Shown here piece by piece: positions 28,259 through 37,725 of a stretch of DNA of 64,000 nt (position 1 is its first letter; every line of letters begins with the position of its first letter). A program made the translations under genes and the position numbers. The notes under the pieces were generated by a model, which saw nothing but the letters and a program-made list of their open reading frames with translations, did not search any database and was not told the DNA's origin. The DNA is from a candidate division FCPU426 bacterium (GTDB lineage Bacteria; Oederibacteriota; Muellerivitia; Muellerivitales; Muellerivitaceae), in NCBI GenBank assembly GCA_963847625.1, contig CAWKAR010000032.1:1-64000 (forward strand), read 5' to 3'.

Positions 28259-29052
28259 ACATCAAGGTCATATTTAAGCGGCCTAAAATGATCAACCATA
28301 TCTCTTTGCCCTCGGCTATTCGAAAGTGCCCGCCAAACTTCCGTACGTAGGCTAACAATGCATTTAATATTGCTTATTTCTTCGGAAATTTTTCTTATGC
28401 CTAAAAGAAAACCCCAAATTTTACTCAAATCTTTTGCTAAATAACTTGGTACTATTTGATCCGTATCATCAAAAAGTAATAAGAATATTTTATTTTCTGG
28501 TGATAATTGGCTTTGTATTTTTCTTTGAACTTCTTTGTAATGTGCACCTTTTTGACTTGGAAGTAATTTTGATAAATCAATTTCAGCAAATTTATTGCCA
28601 ATAACCGATAACATTTTTGCCAATTTTTCGATTGAATCTCGATCTTTAAGACCATTTTCTATGGCCCGATCTCTAAAAAATTTTTGTTCAGAACTTAACA
28701 AACCATCAAATTGGGTACCCATTTGTGCTGCAATTGCAAAAAGTAAAGCAGCATATGCTTCTCTTTTCACATCCCCAATACTTATTGAATCTCCCTTTAT
28801 ACCTTTAAGAATAATTTCATCTGGTTTAATAAATAATGATTCCAAACCAGCATCTTCAGTTAATCTCTTTATCCTCAAAAATATAGCTGATTTCCCAGAC
28901 CCTTTTTTCCCAACAAGTAGAACAGGTGCATTGATTGATTTTTGAATTATTCCTTCTGCTTTTTCATCATTTACAAAAGCTTCATTTAAAAATTTCTTTT
29001 CTAATTCGGCTGTACCAATGCAATGGTCACTTAATAATTTTAAATTTTCCAT
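28259..29052 (-). pseudogene. AT-rich P-loop ATPase, C-terminally truncated
   Basis: Walker A GKKGSGKS, Walker B FLLLFDDTD, IVSLRTE; runs into the IS3 right end; markedly lower GC than its flanks. Confidence 0.75.
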
Positions 29053-29099
29053 AATCGCTTTTCCTTATCCCTTAAACATAATTTAAAAAGGAAAAAAAG

Positions 29100-29206
29100 A
29101 AACAAAGGGGTCAGACTCCACGCTCCGCAGCGTGTAGTAGGGTACATATTACATTTTAGGCTCGCCCCAAAACCTCCTGCAAAAAAACAGGCTCTTATTA
29201 TGCCAC
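29100..29206. repeat. About 105-bp non-coding repeat, copy 1 (intact IS110 target site)
   Basis: AAACAAAGGGGTCAGACTCCACGCTCCGCAGCGTGTAGTAGGGTACATATTACATTTTAGG...GGCTCTTATTATGCCAC; the second copy is 30569-30576 plus 32092-32220. Confidence 0.9.
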
Positions 29207-29337
29207 TATTTTTTTAGTTCGGAGTGAGGCATGAAGAAAAATGGGGAGTGCGGAGCCCATTCGACAGGCTCAGGGCAGGTTAGAAGTGAGAAATTGTGCA
29301 AAATTTGACTACAGCACAAAATCGATAATATAAGAAT

Positions 29338-29477
29338 CACTTATTTCAGGCTAAAAATCTCTCATTGTGCCAACCTTTAAACCAGTGAAAAATGGACAAT
29401 GGAAAATGAATAATGAAAATCAGAGAAAACAGTCCTGAAGCCACTTATTCAAGCCAAAAATCTCTCATTATGCCAAC
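29338..29477. repeat. Two direct repeats of about 37 bp flanking a heptamer tandem array
   Basis: CACTTATTTCAGGCTAAAAATCTCTCATTGTGCCAAC (29338-29374) and CACTTATTCAAGCCAAAAATCTCTCATTATGCCAAC (29442-29477), with AATGGAC/AATGGAA/AATGAAT units between them. Confidence 0.75.
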
Positions 29478-29890
29478 GGATAAAATCCAACCCCGGCTTT
29501 TCCTTAGGTTTCATCGGCACTACCTTCAAATCCTTCCCATGATAGGCATAGTAATCACGGCCGTTTTCAAATCCTTTGTTGATCCTACATGCTAAAAAAT
29601 ATCCAGGGGCCTACACCCACCGGACGTCCGCGGGAAGCAAGCTCGGGTAAATCCTGTTCCATCTCTTTTCAAATCCCCTCGTAAAAATCCAGCGGGCGAA
29701 AAATTTGAAAAGCATGAAAGGCTGTCAAAAAGGTGCCAAAAAAGGCGAAAATTTTCAAGGAAAAGGAAATACCAGGCGGAGCCGGTTCGGAGGATGCCTT
29801 AAAAAAAGCCGCTTTGGGTGAAATGTTAAAGCAGGGTGTTTTAGCCTTCCTTTGCCCAAACTTCCGAGGCCACCCCCCTCCACTCCGGAA

Positions 29891-29906
29891 TGGTACGGAT
29901 ATTGCA
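29891..29906 (+). promoter_or_regulatory. Putative sigma-54 promoter (-24/-12)
   Basis: TGGTACGGATATTGCA fits TGGYACGNNNNTTGCW and lies about 40 bp upstream of GTG 29949. Confidence 0.6.
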
Positions 29907-29948
29907 TATTTAATTGCAATTTCACTCATAAGCCTTGAAGGACTGCCG

Positions 29949-30566
29949 GTGAAAAAATATCTCGCGTTCATTTTTTTTGTAGGGACGGTTCTGGCCCCCT
30001 GGGCCTGTAACCGGCATGTGGCAGTGCCCACAGTACCGCAACCCACGGCTACCCCGACCGCCACTTCCACGCCCACGGTAAACCTGACCCCTGTTTGCGG
30101 GATGGGCTTGGTCAGTTTGCCGCCCCTCACATTTTACATTTACGCCTCGGTCCCCAACCCCCTCCGCACCCTGGCGGATTGGCAGACCTTTTGCGAAGCC
30201 GGGGGCTACGGCCCCTCGAACATCCCGGCGCCGCCCGTGGATTTCTCGACGCAGATGATTTTCTTCACCGGCACCCCCGTTTGCGCCCCTTACATCTCCA
30301 GCATCTGCAATGTGTGCGAAGGCCCCACGCAAACCGTCGTAACCGTGAACCAGCGAACCCTTTGGTACCAATGTTATGTGTACACCCCGTATTACGCGAG
30401 CCTGTCGGCCTGCTCCGCGCCCCAATACGACCAACCCGTTTCTTGGAACGTGACCAATGGATTCGGATGCCAGAATGGGGTGTGGATACAGTCAACCCCC
30501 ATCTGGACCCAAGTAGTGATTCCTCCGGCTCCGATTCCGACGGTTACGCCTACAGCGACGCCATAA
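29949..30566 (+). CDS. Cys-rich lipoprotein with Thr/Pro linkers and PrcB C-terminal-like domain
   Basis: GTG start, PWAC lipobox, PTATPTATSTPT linker, APPVDFSTQMIFF motif. Confidence 0.65.
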   Translation: MKKYLAFIFFVGTVLAPWACNRHVAVPTVPQPTATPTATSTPTVNLTPVCGMGLVSLPPLTFYIYASVPNPLRTLADWQTFCEAGGYGPSNIPAPPVDFSTQMIFFTGTPVCAPYISSICNVCEGPTQTVVTVNQRTLWYQCYVYTPYYASLSACSAPQYDQPVSWNVTNGFGCQNGVWIQSTPIWTQVVIPPAPIPTVTPTATP

Positions 30567-30687
30567 TAAAACAAAGATAGCATGTATGGGCCAGCAACCT
30601 ACGTAGTAGCTTTGATCAATAGTAGCTGATCAAAATAACGCGGGTTGCTCCTGGTAAGGAGCCTATCCGCATACGGAGGGCTGACCC

Positions 30688-31794
30688 ATGGGAAATAATA
30701 GCACGGTGGTAGGGCTGGATGTTCATAAGGAAACGATCACGATTGCAGTTTTAAGGCCCGACAAGGATCGTCCTGATCCCTCGGTTACGGTTGAAAATCA
30801 GCCATCAATCATTGAAAAGAAAGTACGGGAACTTAATCGCCGCCATGCCCCACTGGAATTCGTTTATGAGGCTGGGCCTGGGGGATTTGCTTTGTATAGG
30901 CAGATTACCCAATTGGGACACCCTTGTGCGGTGATTGCGCCCGCATGGATGCCGATGAAACCTGGGGACCGAGTCAAGACGGACCGAAAGGACGCAGAAA
31001 AGCTGTCTTGGTATTGGCGCATGAGGGATTTGAAAGAAGTCCGGGTACCCACGCCCGAAGAAGAATCCGTGAGGGATTTGCTGCGTGTCCGGGAAGATGT
31101 TCTCGCAAACCAGTTGAGAGCCCGTCATCGGTTATTGAAATTCCTGCTTAGGCAAGGCCGGATTTATCGGGGTGGCAAACACTGGACCCAAGCCCATAGG
31201 GAATGGTTGAGACACCAGAAGTTTGAGCTGCCAAATCTCGTAAAGACCTATGAAGCGAATTACCGAATTTTGGCTGAGATTGACGTGCACTTGGCTGATT
31301 TGAATTGTGAAGTTGAATTGCTGGCACAAGACGAGAAATATCGAATTGCTGTCAGCTATTTGAAATGCCTGAAAGGCGTTAACACACTCACGGCCATGAC
31401 TTTATTAGCAGAAAGCGGAGATTTCAGGCGGTTTAAAAACGCCCGCAGTTATATGCGATATACGGGAATGGTCAGTTGGGAAGACAGCACCGGAAGCCAT
31501 GTTTACCGGGGCGGGATTGTCAAATCCGGAAATGCCCATTTGAGGCGAGTGCTAGTCCAAGGGGCATGGACCTATCAGCTACGAAGCCTTGGGAGTCCAA
31601 CACTCGCTAAACGGAGAAAAGGTTGTCCCCCGGAAGTTATACATTTAGCACGAAAAGCTGATGAACGTTTGCATTTGAAGTTTCGGCGGATGGTAAGCCG
31701 AAACAAACGGTCTCAGGTGGCGGTAGTGGCCATCGCACGGGAATTGGCTGGCTTTATCTGGGCGATTGGACAGATGATCCCATCCGATCAGTAA
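30688..31794 (+). CDS. IS110 DEDD recombinase
   Basis: VGLDVHK, VYEAGP, RVKTDRKDA, EDSTG (catalytic Ser region), IVKSGNAHLR, AIARELAGFIW. Confidence 0.96.
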   Translation: MGNNSTVVGLDVHKETITIAVLRPDKDRPDPSVTVENQPSIIEKKVRELNRRHAPLEFVYEAGPGGFALYRQITQLGHPCAVIAPAWMPMKPGDRVKTDRKDAEKLSWYWRMRDLKEVRVPTPEEESVRDLLRVREDVLANQLRARHRLLKFLLRQGRIYRGGKHWTQAHREWLRHQKFELPNLVKTYEANYRILAEIDVHLADLNCEVELLAQDEKYRIAVSYLKCLKGVNTLTAMTLLAESGDFRRFKNARSYMRYTGMVSWEDSTGSHVYRGGIVKSGNAHLRRVLVQGAWTYQLRSLGSPTLAKRRKGCPPEVIHLARKADERLHLKFRRMVSRNKRSQVAVVAIARELAGFIWAIGQMIPSDQ

Positions 31795-31819
31795 TAGATC
31801 CGATGAGAAGAAAAAGAAG

Positions 31820-32030
31820 GACGAGCTCTGATTTCAGGAGCGTGGCGCGGCACGGAGAACCCTCGACGACCCCTTGTGCAATGAAGTCTTATTTCATGAC
31901 GCACGGACAAAGATCGAGGCAGCTCCCGACGACAGGTCATCATGCGTCCCTGCCCTTTGGGGTAATACGCGAATATCAGTTTGATCAACCGTCGGAAATG
32001 GCTACGCTCTTGGAATCAGGGCTCTGTCGT
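31820..32030 (+). ncRNA. Putative bridge/seek RNA in the IS110 3' non-coding end
   Basis: Outer stem GAGCTCTGATTTCAGGAGCGTGGC / GCTACGCTCTTGGAATCAGGGCTC encloses two internal-loop arms carrying target- and donor-matching segments. Confidence 0.8.
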
Positions 32031-32091
32031 GCTGGTCCGTGAAAAGACCAACACCCTAGAATCTGAAGGTTGACTGGCCCATACATATCAG

Positions 32092-32220
32092 GGGTCAGAC
32101 TCCACGCTCCTCTCCCTACGTCAAGACTTCGGGAGACGGGTCAGCGTGTAGTAGGGTACATATTACATTTTAGGCCCACCCAAAAACCCCACGCCAAAAA
32201 ACCGGCTCTTATTATGCCAC
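32092..32220. repeat. Non-coding repeat copy 2 (right part), with an extra hairpin of about 30 bp
   Basis: Matches 29108-29206; TCTCCCTACGTCAAGACTTCGGGAGACGGG sits in the loop of the CACGCT...AGCGTG hairpin. Confidence 0.88.
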
Positions 32221-32230
32221 CAAGAACCGA

Positions 32231-32333
32231 CAATGAATAATGGACAATGAATAATGAAAAATGGGGTAACACAACAAGGGATTAGGCATTGATTGAGAAA
32301 ACAATGAATAATGGACAATGAATAATGAAAAAT
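32231..32333. repeat. Duplicated heptamer array CAATGAATAATGGACAATGAATAATGAAAAA
   Basis: Two identical 31-bp blocks starting at 32231 and 32302. Confidence 0.8.
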
Positions 32334-32434
32334 TGTGGCAATAAATAATAAAACGAATATTCCAACACCTTTTCTATCTCTTCGTTGAATCTAGCGGTTA
32401 AGATTTCGGCCGTTAACGCGTCGAAGGTTTTTGT

Positions 32435-33106
32435 TCACCCTCCAACTATTTCCGTGACTCGATAACTTGATAATTGTTCCGACTCGTCAAAAAAAGTGTC
32501 AATCGTTATGGTGATATCAATTGAAACCCTTTTCCTTTTGATTTTTTTCTTCACTTTCTTGGAATACCAAAACATGAGTTCATTTTCAGCGGTTTGGTGG
32601 GCGGTACAAACATAATCCCCTTTTAATTTATAATCCGCGAGCAGGGCTTCCACCTCGTTGCGGGTAAGTCCCAAATGAAGTCCTTGGACATCGATATGCT
32701 CGATGTCGAATTTCAGCCTTTGTAATTTTTTCCGGTCAATTTCATTGCCCAGGCTCACGGCATAGGTCAATAAAATCCTTTTCCTACCCCCTAATTTCCC
32801 CGATCCGAATTCGATTTTTTCAGTCTCATTCCCCAAAATATAGCTGAGTTTATCCTCATAGCTCGTGCCGTCCTGGATTTCAAGAATGGCGGCTTTGCCC
32901 AATTCTTTTTTCGCGTCAAATATCGTGCTGATGCCCAATTTCAAGCCGAAGATCCGTGTAAAGTCGTCCGCCTTGAACGCAAAAATCCTTCCCGCGAGGG
33001 CAAAAAAGATTAATAAGAAAATACAAAGCCGCGGAATTTTATTGGATAAACCGTTGGAATTCTTGAAACATTCCGGACGGTTAAAAAAAATTCGCATAAC
33101 CTTCAT
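32435..33106 (-). CDS. Hypothetical exported protein
   Basis: 223-aa ORF with hydrophobic N-terminal segment and an internal GLxLG repeat; start uncertain. Confidence 0.6.
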   Translation of the reverse strand: MKVMRIFFNRPECFKNSNGLSNKIPRLCIFLLIFFALAGRIFAFKADDFTRIFGLKLGISTIFDAKKELGKAAILEIQDGTSYEDKLSYILGNETEKIEFGSGKLGGRKRILLTYAVSLGNEIDRKKLQRLKFDIEHIDVQGLHLGLTRNEVEALLADYKLKGDYVCTAHQTAENELMFWYSKKVKKKIKRKRVSIDITITIDTFFDESEQLSSYRVTEIVGG

Positions 33107-33321
33107 TCCTATTCGTTCCCGATGGAAAATGGCCCATCACGGTCCCTTGAGATTCCCACAGGTTAAAAGCAGGATTATCCTTTTGTAAAGATGTTTTCCG
33201 CGGAAAACCCAAGGCTTTGTTCCATATTGGTTTTTCGGCCTGCCGGGAGCTATATCCACCCGGAATCCCCATAAGAACCCAATGCAATATAAAAGGATGA
33301 TTTTTCAAATTATAAGAGCAT

Positions 33322-34416
33322 TCAAACATTAAACCGGAAATGAACCACGTCCCCATCCCTCATAACATATTCCTTCCCCTCGATGCGAAGTTTGCCGGCT
33401 TCCCGGGCCTTGGCCGTCGAGCCCGCGGCAACAAGGTCCTCGTAGGAATAAACTTCCGCGCGGATAAAACCTCTTTCAATATCAGAATGGATCTTCCCCG
33501 CCGCCACGGGGGCAGTGGTGCCTTTCGTTATGGTCCAAGCCTTGGATTCCACCGGTCCCGCTGTGAAAAACGAGATCAACCCCAGTGTTTCATAGGATTT
33601 CCGAATGATGGCGTGAAGGCCCCGCTCCCGGACGCCTAACCCGGCTAGGAATTGTTCAGCTTCCATGTCGGAAAGCTCCGCTACCTCGGATTCAATTTTG
33701 GCTGAAATCGGAAGGCAACTGGCCTTCAAGTTTTTTGTGTATTCCAGAAGCTTTTGGTAGTGCCGGTTCTTGGACAAATCCGCCAAATCCCCTTCGGCCA
33801 CATTGCCGATATAAAGAAATGACTTCCGGGTGAGAAGGCTCAGTTCCTTGAATTTTTTTTCCTGTTCCGGATCAGCTTCAACCGTTATGGCCGGCTTACC
33901 CCCGGCCAGGGCTTTCTTGGCAGCCAAGAAAAGCTCAAACTCCATGGCGGCCCCTTTATCCCCGGCACGCTTTCCTTTCTCGGATTTCAGCAGGCGTTTC
34001 TCCACCGTTTCCAAGTCCGCCAGGCAAAGCTCGGTCATAATTGTGTCGATATCCCGTAAAGAATCCACCGTGCCCTCAACATGGACGATATCGTCGTCCT
34101 CGAAACAGCGGACAACCATGGCGATGGCGTCTACTTCGCGGATATAGGAAAGAAATTTATTTCCCAGTCCCTGTCCCTGACTTGCGCCTTTCACCAATCC
34201 CGCGATGTCGACGAATTCCACGATGGCAGGAACCCTCTTGGCGCTATCCTCCATTTCCGCTAGCCGTTCAATCCGCTCATCCGGCACGGTCACAACGCCC
34301 ACGTTGGGATTGATCGTGCAAAACGGGTAATTTTCCGCTGGTGCCTTGGACTTGGTAATCGCGTTGAAAAAAGTTGATTTACCGACGTTGGGCAAGCCGA
34401 CTATTCCGATTTTCAT
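33322..34416 (-). CDS. ychF: Redox-regulated ATPase YchF
   Basis: [57 protein letters not shown]. Confidence 0.98.
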   Translation of the reverse strand: MKIGIVGLPNVGKSTFFNAITKSKAPAENYPFCTINPNVGVVTVPDERIERLAEMEDSAKRVPAIVEFVDIAGLVKGASQGQGLGNKFLSYIREVDAIAMVVRCFEDDDIVHVEGTVDSLRDIDTIMTELCLADLETVEKRLLKSEKGKRAGDKGAAMEFELFLAAKKALAGGKPAITVEADPEQEKKFKELSLLTRKSFLYIGNVAEGDLADLSKNRHYQKLLEYTKNLKASCLPISAKIESEVAELSDMEAEQFLAGLGVRERGLHAIIRKSYETLGLISFFTAGPVESKAWTITKGTTAPVAAGKIHSDIERGFIRAEVYSYEDLVAAGSTAKAREAGKLRIEGKEYVMRDGDVVHFRFNV

Positions 34417-34494
34417 AGCAACTCCAAAATCTTTTTATTCCCGAAAAAATATTGAGGCCGGGTGAATTTAATTCCCGCCAAATTTATTGAATGA

Positions 34495-35337
34495 TTAAGG
34501 GAGCCTTTGGATAAACACCGGTACCTGTCCGGGTTTTGGAATGACCTGGATTTGCCACGGGCGGCTGACGGCGGAAGCCATGGGTTTTCCGCCGCCGGGT
34601 GGAATTTCTTCAAACCAGAGAACCGTCTTGTCCGTGTAGAACTCCATCCTTTTAAACTCCACGGAATAACCCGCGGTGTTTTTCTGCCCCGCAAATTGGA
34701 TGATGAGGGCGTTCTTGGAAAAATCAACCGGCGGCAGGGAAACCATCGGCTTTAAAAACATCCAAAAGACCCGGAAAGTACGGGGGTCCTTAATGTATTG
34801 CCCGTACTCAAATGCGACAGGCGCGGCGTTCCCCTCCCAATGCGGCAAGTTCGTGACATCCAAAACCAGTTCCAAAGTGGATTTCGCGCCAAATATCCCA
34901 AAACCGTGATTAGCCAGCCACCTCCGGGTTTCCCTGACAGTTTTATATTGGGTTCCATTCTGTACAAAGTGGGTCACCAGGATAGCGGTTATGAAAAATA
35001 AGACGATCCAAAGAATGTATCGCCCTGACCCCGGCGGCTTGGCGGTTTTCTTTTGATTTGGCCCGGGAGGATTTACATCCCAGGCTGGGGACTTTTCAGA
35101 ATGATCGGCAGATTCAGGAGTACGGAACATCCAATTAAGTATTTTTTGGTCCCAAGGCACCGAGAAAGAACCCATTTTCCAGAGTTGGGTCTTCCCTCCT
35201 TTTTTTTGAAGGTCCAAATCCCTTCGTGCGCCTGTGCAAAGGTTTAAATGCCGGGCCACCAACCTTTTCTCAGTCCCTGAGAGTTTATCATCCATAAAAC
35301 CTTTGAGAAGAGGGTGGATCTGTTCACATTCGTTCAT
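34495..35337 (-). CDS. Membrane protein: zf-HC2 anti-sigma-like N-terminus, TM helix, PrcB C-terminal-like domain
   Basis: MNECEQI...VARHLNLCTGAR; TM helix; LPPVDFSKNALIIQFAGQKNTAGYSV. Confidence 0.7.
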   Translation of the reverse strand: MNECEQIHPLLKGFMDDKLSGTEKRLVARHLNLCTGARRDLDLQKKGGKTQLWKMGSFSVPWDQKILNWMFRTPESADHSEKSPAWDVNPPGPNQKKTAKPPGSGRYILWIVLFFITAILVTHFVQNGTQYKTVRETRRWLANHGFGIFGAKSTLELVLDVTNLPHWEGNAAPVAFEYGQYIKDPRTFRVFWMFLKPMVSLPPVDFSKNALIIQFAGQKNTAGYSVEFKRMEFYTDKTVLWFEEIPPGGGKPMASAVSRPWQIQVIPKPGQVPVFIQRLP

Positions 35338-35647
35338 GATGACCTTTTCGAAGAGTTGACTTAGCCTTGGAGAAACATGGCCTTAGTGCCTTCTCATCAT
35401 GCATGAAAAACACTTGGAATCAAAACTAAAATTATGTTTCCCGGCAATAAAAGGCTTTTTAAAACTTCTTCCCCGTTTTTTTTACGTTATCAACGGAAGA
35501 TTTTCCTGGATTTTATCAGGCGTTAAATGCCCATTAACAAAAAAACCCCGGAAATCCAGGGCCTTTCTGATAATTTTGATTTTAGAAATTTTAACTGTTC
35601 AGCCAAACTTCTATTTTCAAATAAGACGCCATCTATTTATGAATGCT

Positions 35648-36208
35648 TCAATTCGCGATGGGCCGGATGTTCCCGTTAGGCCCCTCAAGGATTTCCTGAT
35701 TTTTATTCACCTTCTCTTTCATGAATTCCCGGAGATAGGTTTTCCGGACTATCTTAAAGAATTTTTCCAACTCCGGATCAGCATGGTTGTGTTCCAAGTT
35801 TAATAAGTTTAAGGCGATGCTAAAGGCCATTTCCACATAATCATGCCGCAAAGCGTAATTTTTTGCGGTAAATTCGTTATACCTTTTTATCCCTTTTAAG
35901 TAAATTTCAGCAGCTTTTTGGTCGTCCTGCCCTTGGTAATATTTTCCCATTAGGTAAAAAACTTCCAAATCAAGAACCTCCGAATGGTCAATGTTTTCGA
36001 ATTGATTGACCGCTTCGATCACATGTAATTGGGAGGTATTTTTATGATTGAAATAATGATTTAAGCAGAATTTAGCAAACCTGGCGCGAAGATAATGGTC
36101 GTTGGGATTCCGGCTGACAGCGTCTTTGAATTTGCTAAATTCGATCCTATGAACCAGTTTTAACAGGAAATTTAAGAATGGAGACGCGATTTTCATGAGT
36201 AATCCCAT
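35648..36208 (-). CDS. Hypothetical TPR-like protein
   Basis: 186-aa helical ORF, FYLMGKYYQ...KAAEIYLKGI. Confidence 0.6.
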   Translation of the reverse strand: MGLLMKIASPFLNFLLKLVHRIEFSKFKDAVSRNPNDHYLRARFAKFCLNHYFNHKNTSQLHVIEAVNQFENIDHSEVLDLEVFYLMGKYYQGQDDQKAAEIYLKGIKRYNEFTAKNYALRHDYVEMAFSIALNLLNLEHNHADPELEKFFKIVRKTYLREFMKEKVNKNQEILEGPNGNIRPIAN

Positions 36209-36795
36209 GCATGAATTTTACTTCGTTCTAAGCAATTGTCAAAATCTAACGGAAAAATTGCGAAAGATTCACAGCCTTTTTGGCGAAAATATTTTTTTAG
36301 CCGGGATTTTCTTTTTTGTAATAATTTTCTTCCCACTCGAACAAAACAAAACCAAGATAGTCCAAACTCATGGCGGAAATATAAATCATTTGAAAATTAA
36401 TTCCTAGCAAGGATTGCTCTTGTTCTTGAAACGTTTTCAGATGGATGCCCGATTTATTTTCAAAAATCAGCTTGATGAAATATTACACAATTTATTCAAG
36501 CTAAATTTTCGCGATTCAAAAAATATGCCCAAAAGCGGCGGTATTGAAGGCATTTTTAAACAGGGATAACAGTTTTGGATTGATCCATAAGCCTATTACC
36601 TAAAATCTTCCCTGCCATTTGAAATGCGCGCAAAGAAAAATTGATAGGGGAAGAAAGATTTAGGCCGGAATGAAAAGGGAAGGTTTTAAGGAAACTGCTT
36701 TTAAGGCTATAAAACGAATAACAAATTCAAGCCGGTAAAAACGCCCCGGGATTACACCGGAAATTAAATTACGTCCCGTCAGAAACAAAAGGAAA

Positions 36796-37254
36796 TCACG
36801 GGATGACGAAGATTTCTTTGCCTTCCAGAGCCTTTAATTGATCCGTCTGTTGGGGTGTCAAAATTTTCTTCTCGACTTCCAACATCGCCTTTGTTTGAAC
36901 GCTGTATTTCTTTCCCAGCAAAGCCCCGATTTCAGCGGTGATCAGGTCGATTTTCTCCAGGTCCGGTTCGGGCTTTTCCAATTCATTTTCCAGGTCAACT
37001 TTCTTGACCTTGATCTGCCCATCCAATTCCGCGGTCTTTTTTCGAAAATCAGCGCGGTTCTGGCGCAATAAACCCCTTTGTTCCCTGGTCACCTGGAGTT
37101 TATCGTATATTTCCCTGCGTGTTAAATGGGCCGAAGGAGTTTCCGTCGGCTTGGCTTTGGTTTGCGCCTCGGCGGCAGGTTCCGCGAGCATCATTCCGGG
37201 CAATATTAAGATGACAGCGAAAAAATACCCTAGTAACCGCTTTTGACTTTTCAT
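36796..37254 (-). CDS. Spy/CpxP-like periplasmic protein
   Basis: Signal peptide; KLQVTREQR and ILTPQQ (LTXXQ) motifs. Confidence 0.8.
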   Translation of the reverse strand: MKSQKRLLGYFFAVILILPGMMLAEPAAEAQTKAKPTETPSAHLTRREIYDKLQVTREQRGLLRQNRADFRKKTAELDGQIKVKKVDLENELEKPEPDLEKIDLITAEIGALLGKKYSVQTKAMLEVEKKILTPQQTDQLKALEGKEIFVIP

Positions 37255-37274
37255 GAGATCTCCCAATATTAAGG

Positions 37275-37703
37275 TTAAAGAAAAATCTCGTCGCCGGCTA
37301 AAGTTTCCGAGTGAAAATCATCCGAAAATTCCGGCACAGCGGATGAGGGCTCGCTTAAAAGCGCGGAAACTTTTGCGCCGTTCTGGTCGCGGGTGATGTT
37401 TTCCATGGGATTTAAACCGCAGACCAGGTAGGATGCCAATTCCGTCTTTTCGACTGTGACAGTTTGATCATGTTGATAATAAACGCCTGTAAAAGCCACG
37501 AAAAGAAAACAGGCCGCCACCACCCACCGGATCGGGTGACCCCATGGTCTCCAAACCCTATGTTCCCGAAAGTCCTTCGGGGACTCGGTCAGGCGATTTT
37601 CAATGTGCATCCAAGCCCTTTCGGGCCAGGCGCCTTCGCGGCCAGTCTCCGCCAGATCCTTGAAAATCTTAGAAATGTCCTTGTCTTCCCAATTTGTTCT
37701 CAT
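37275..37703 (-). CDS. Putative anti-sigma factor
   Basis: Single-TM protein between an ECF sigma and a Spy/CpxP gene; PERAWMHIENRL. Confidence 0.65.
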   Translation of the reverse strand: MRTNWEDKDISKIFKDLAETGREGAWPERAWMHIENRLTESPKDFREHRVWRPWGHPIRWVVAACFLFVAFTGVYYQHDQTVTVEKTELASYLVCGLNPMENITRDQNGAKVSALLSEPSSAVPEFSDDFHSETLAGDEIFL

Positions 37704-37725
37704 TTTACTACCGCCTTAATCATCG

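Larger units (their letters stand above)
30577..32091 (+). mobile_element. IS110-family element (IS1111-type with sub-terminal inverted repeats)
   Basis: STIRs ATGTATGGGCCAGCAACCT (30582-30600) and AGGTTGACTGGCCCATACAT (32067-32086); AG core at both junctions; excision restores ACAAAGGGGTCAGACTCC as in repeat copy 1. Confidence 0.92.

Noticed and set aside
25200..33100. Classical integron or prophage
   Set aside because: No intI, no clear attC sites and no phage structural genes.
36426..36440. LacI-like operator TGAAACGTTTTCA (and a weaker one at 6648-6660)
   Set aside because: Imperfect symmetry in AT-rich DNA; the stronger one is far from any sugar gene.
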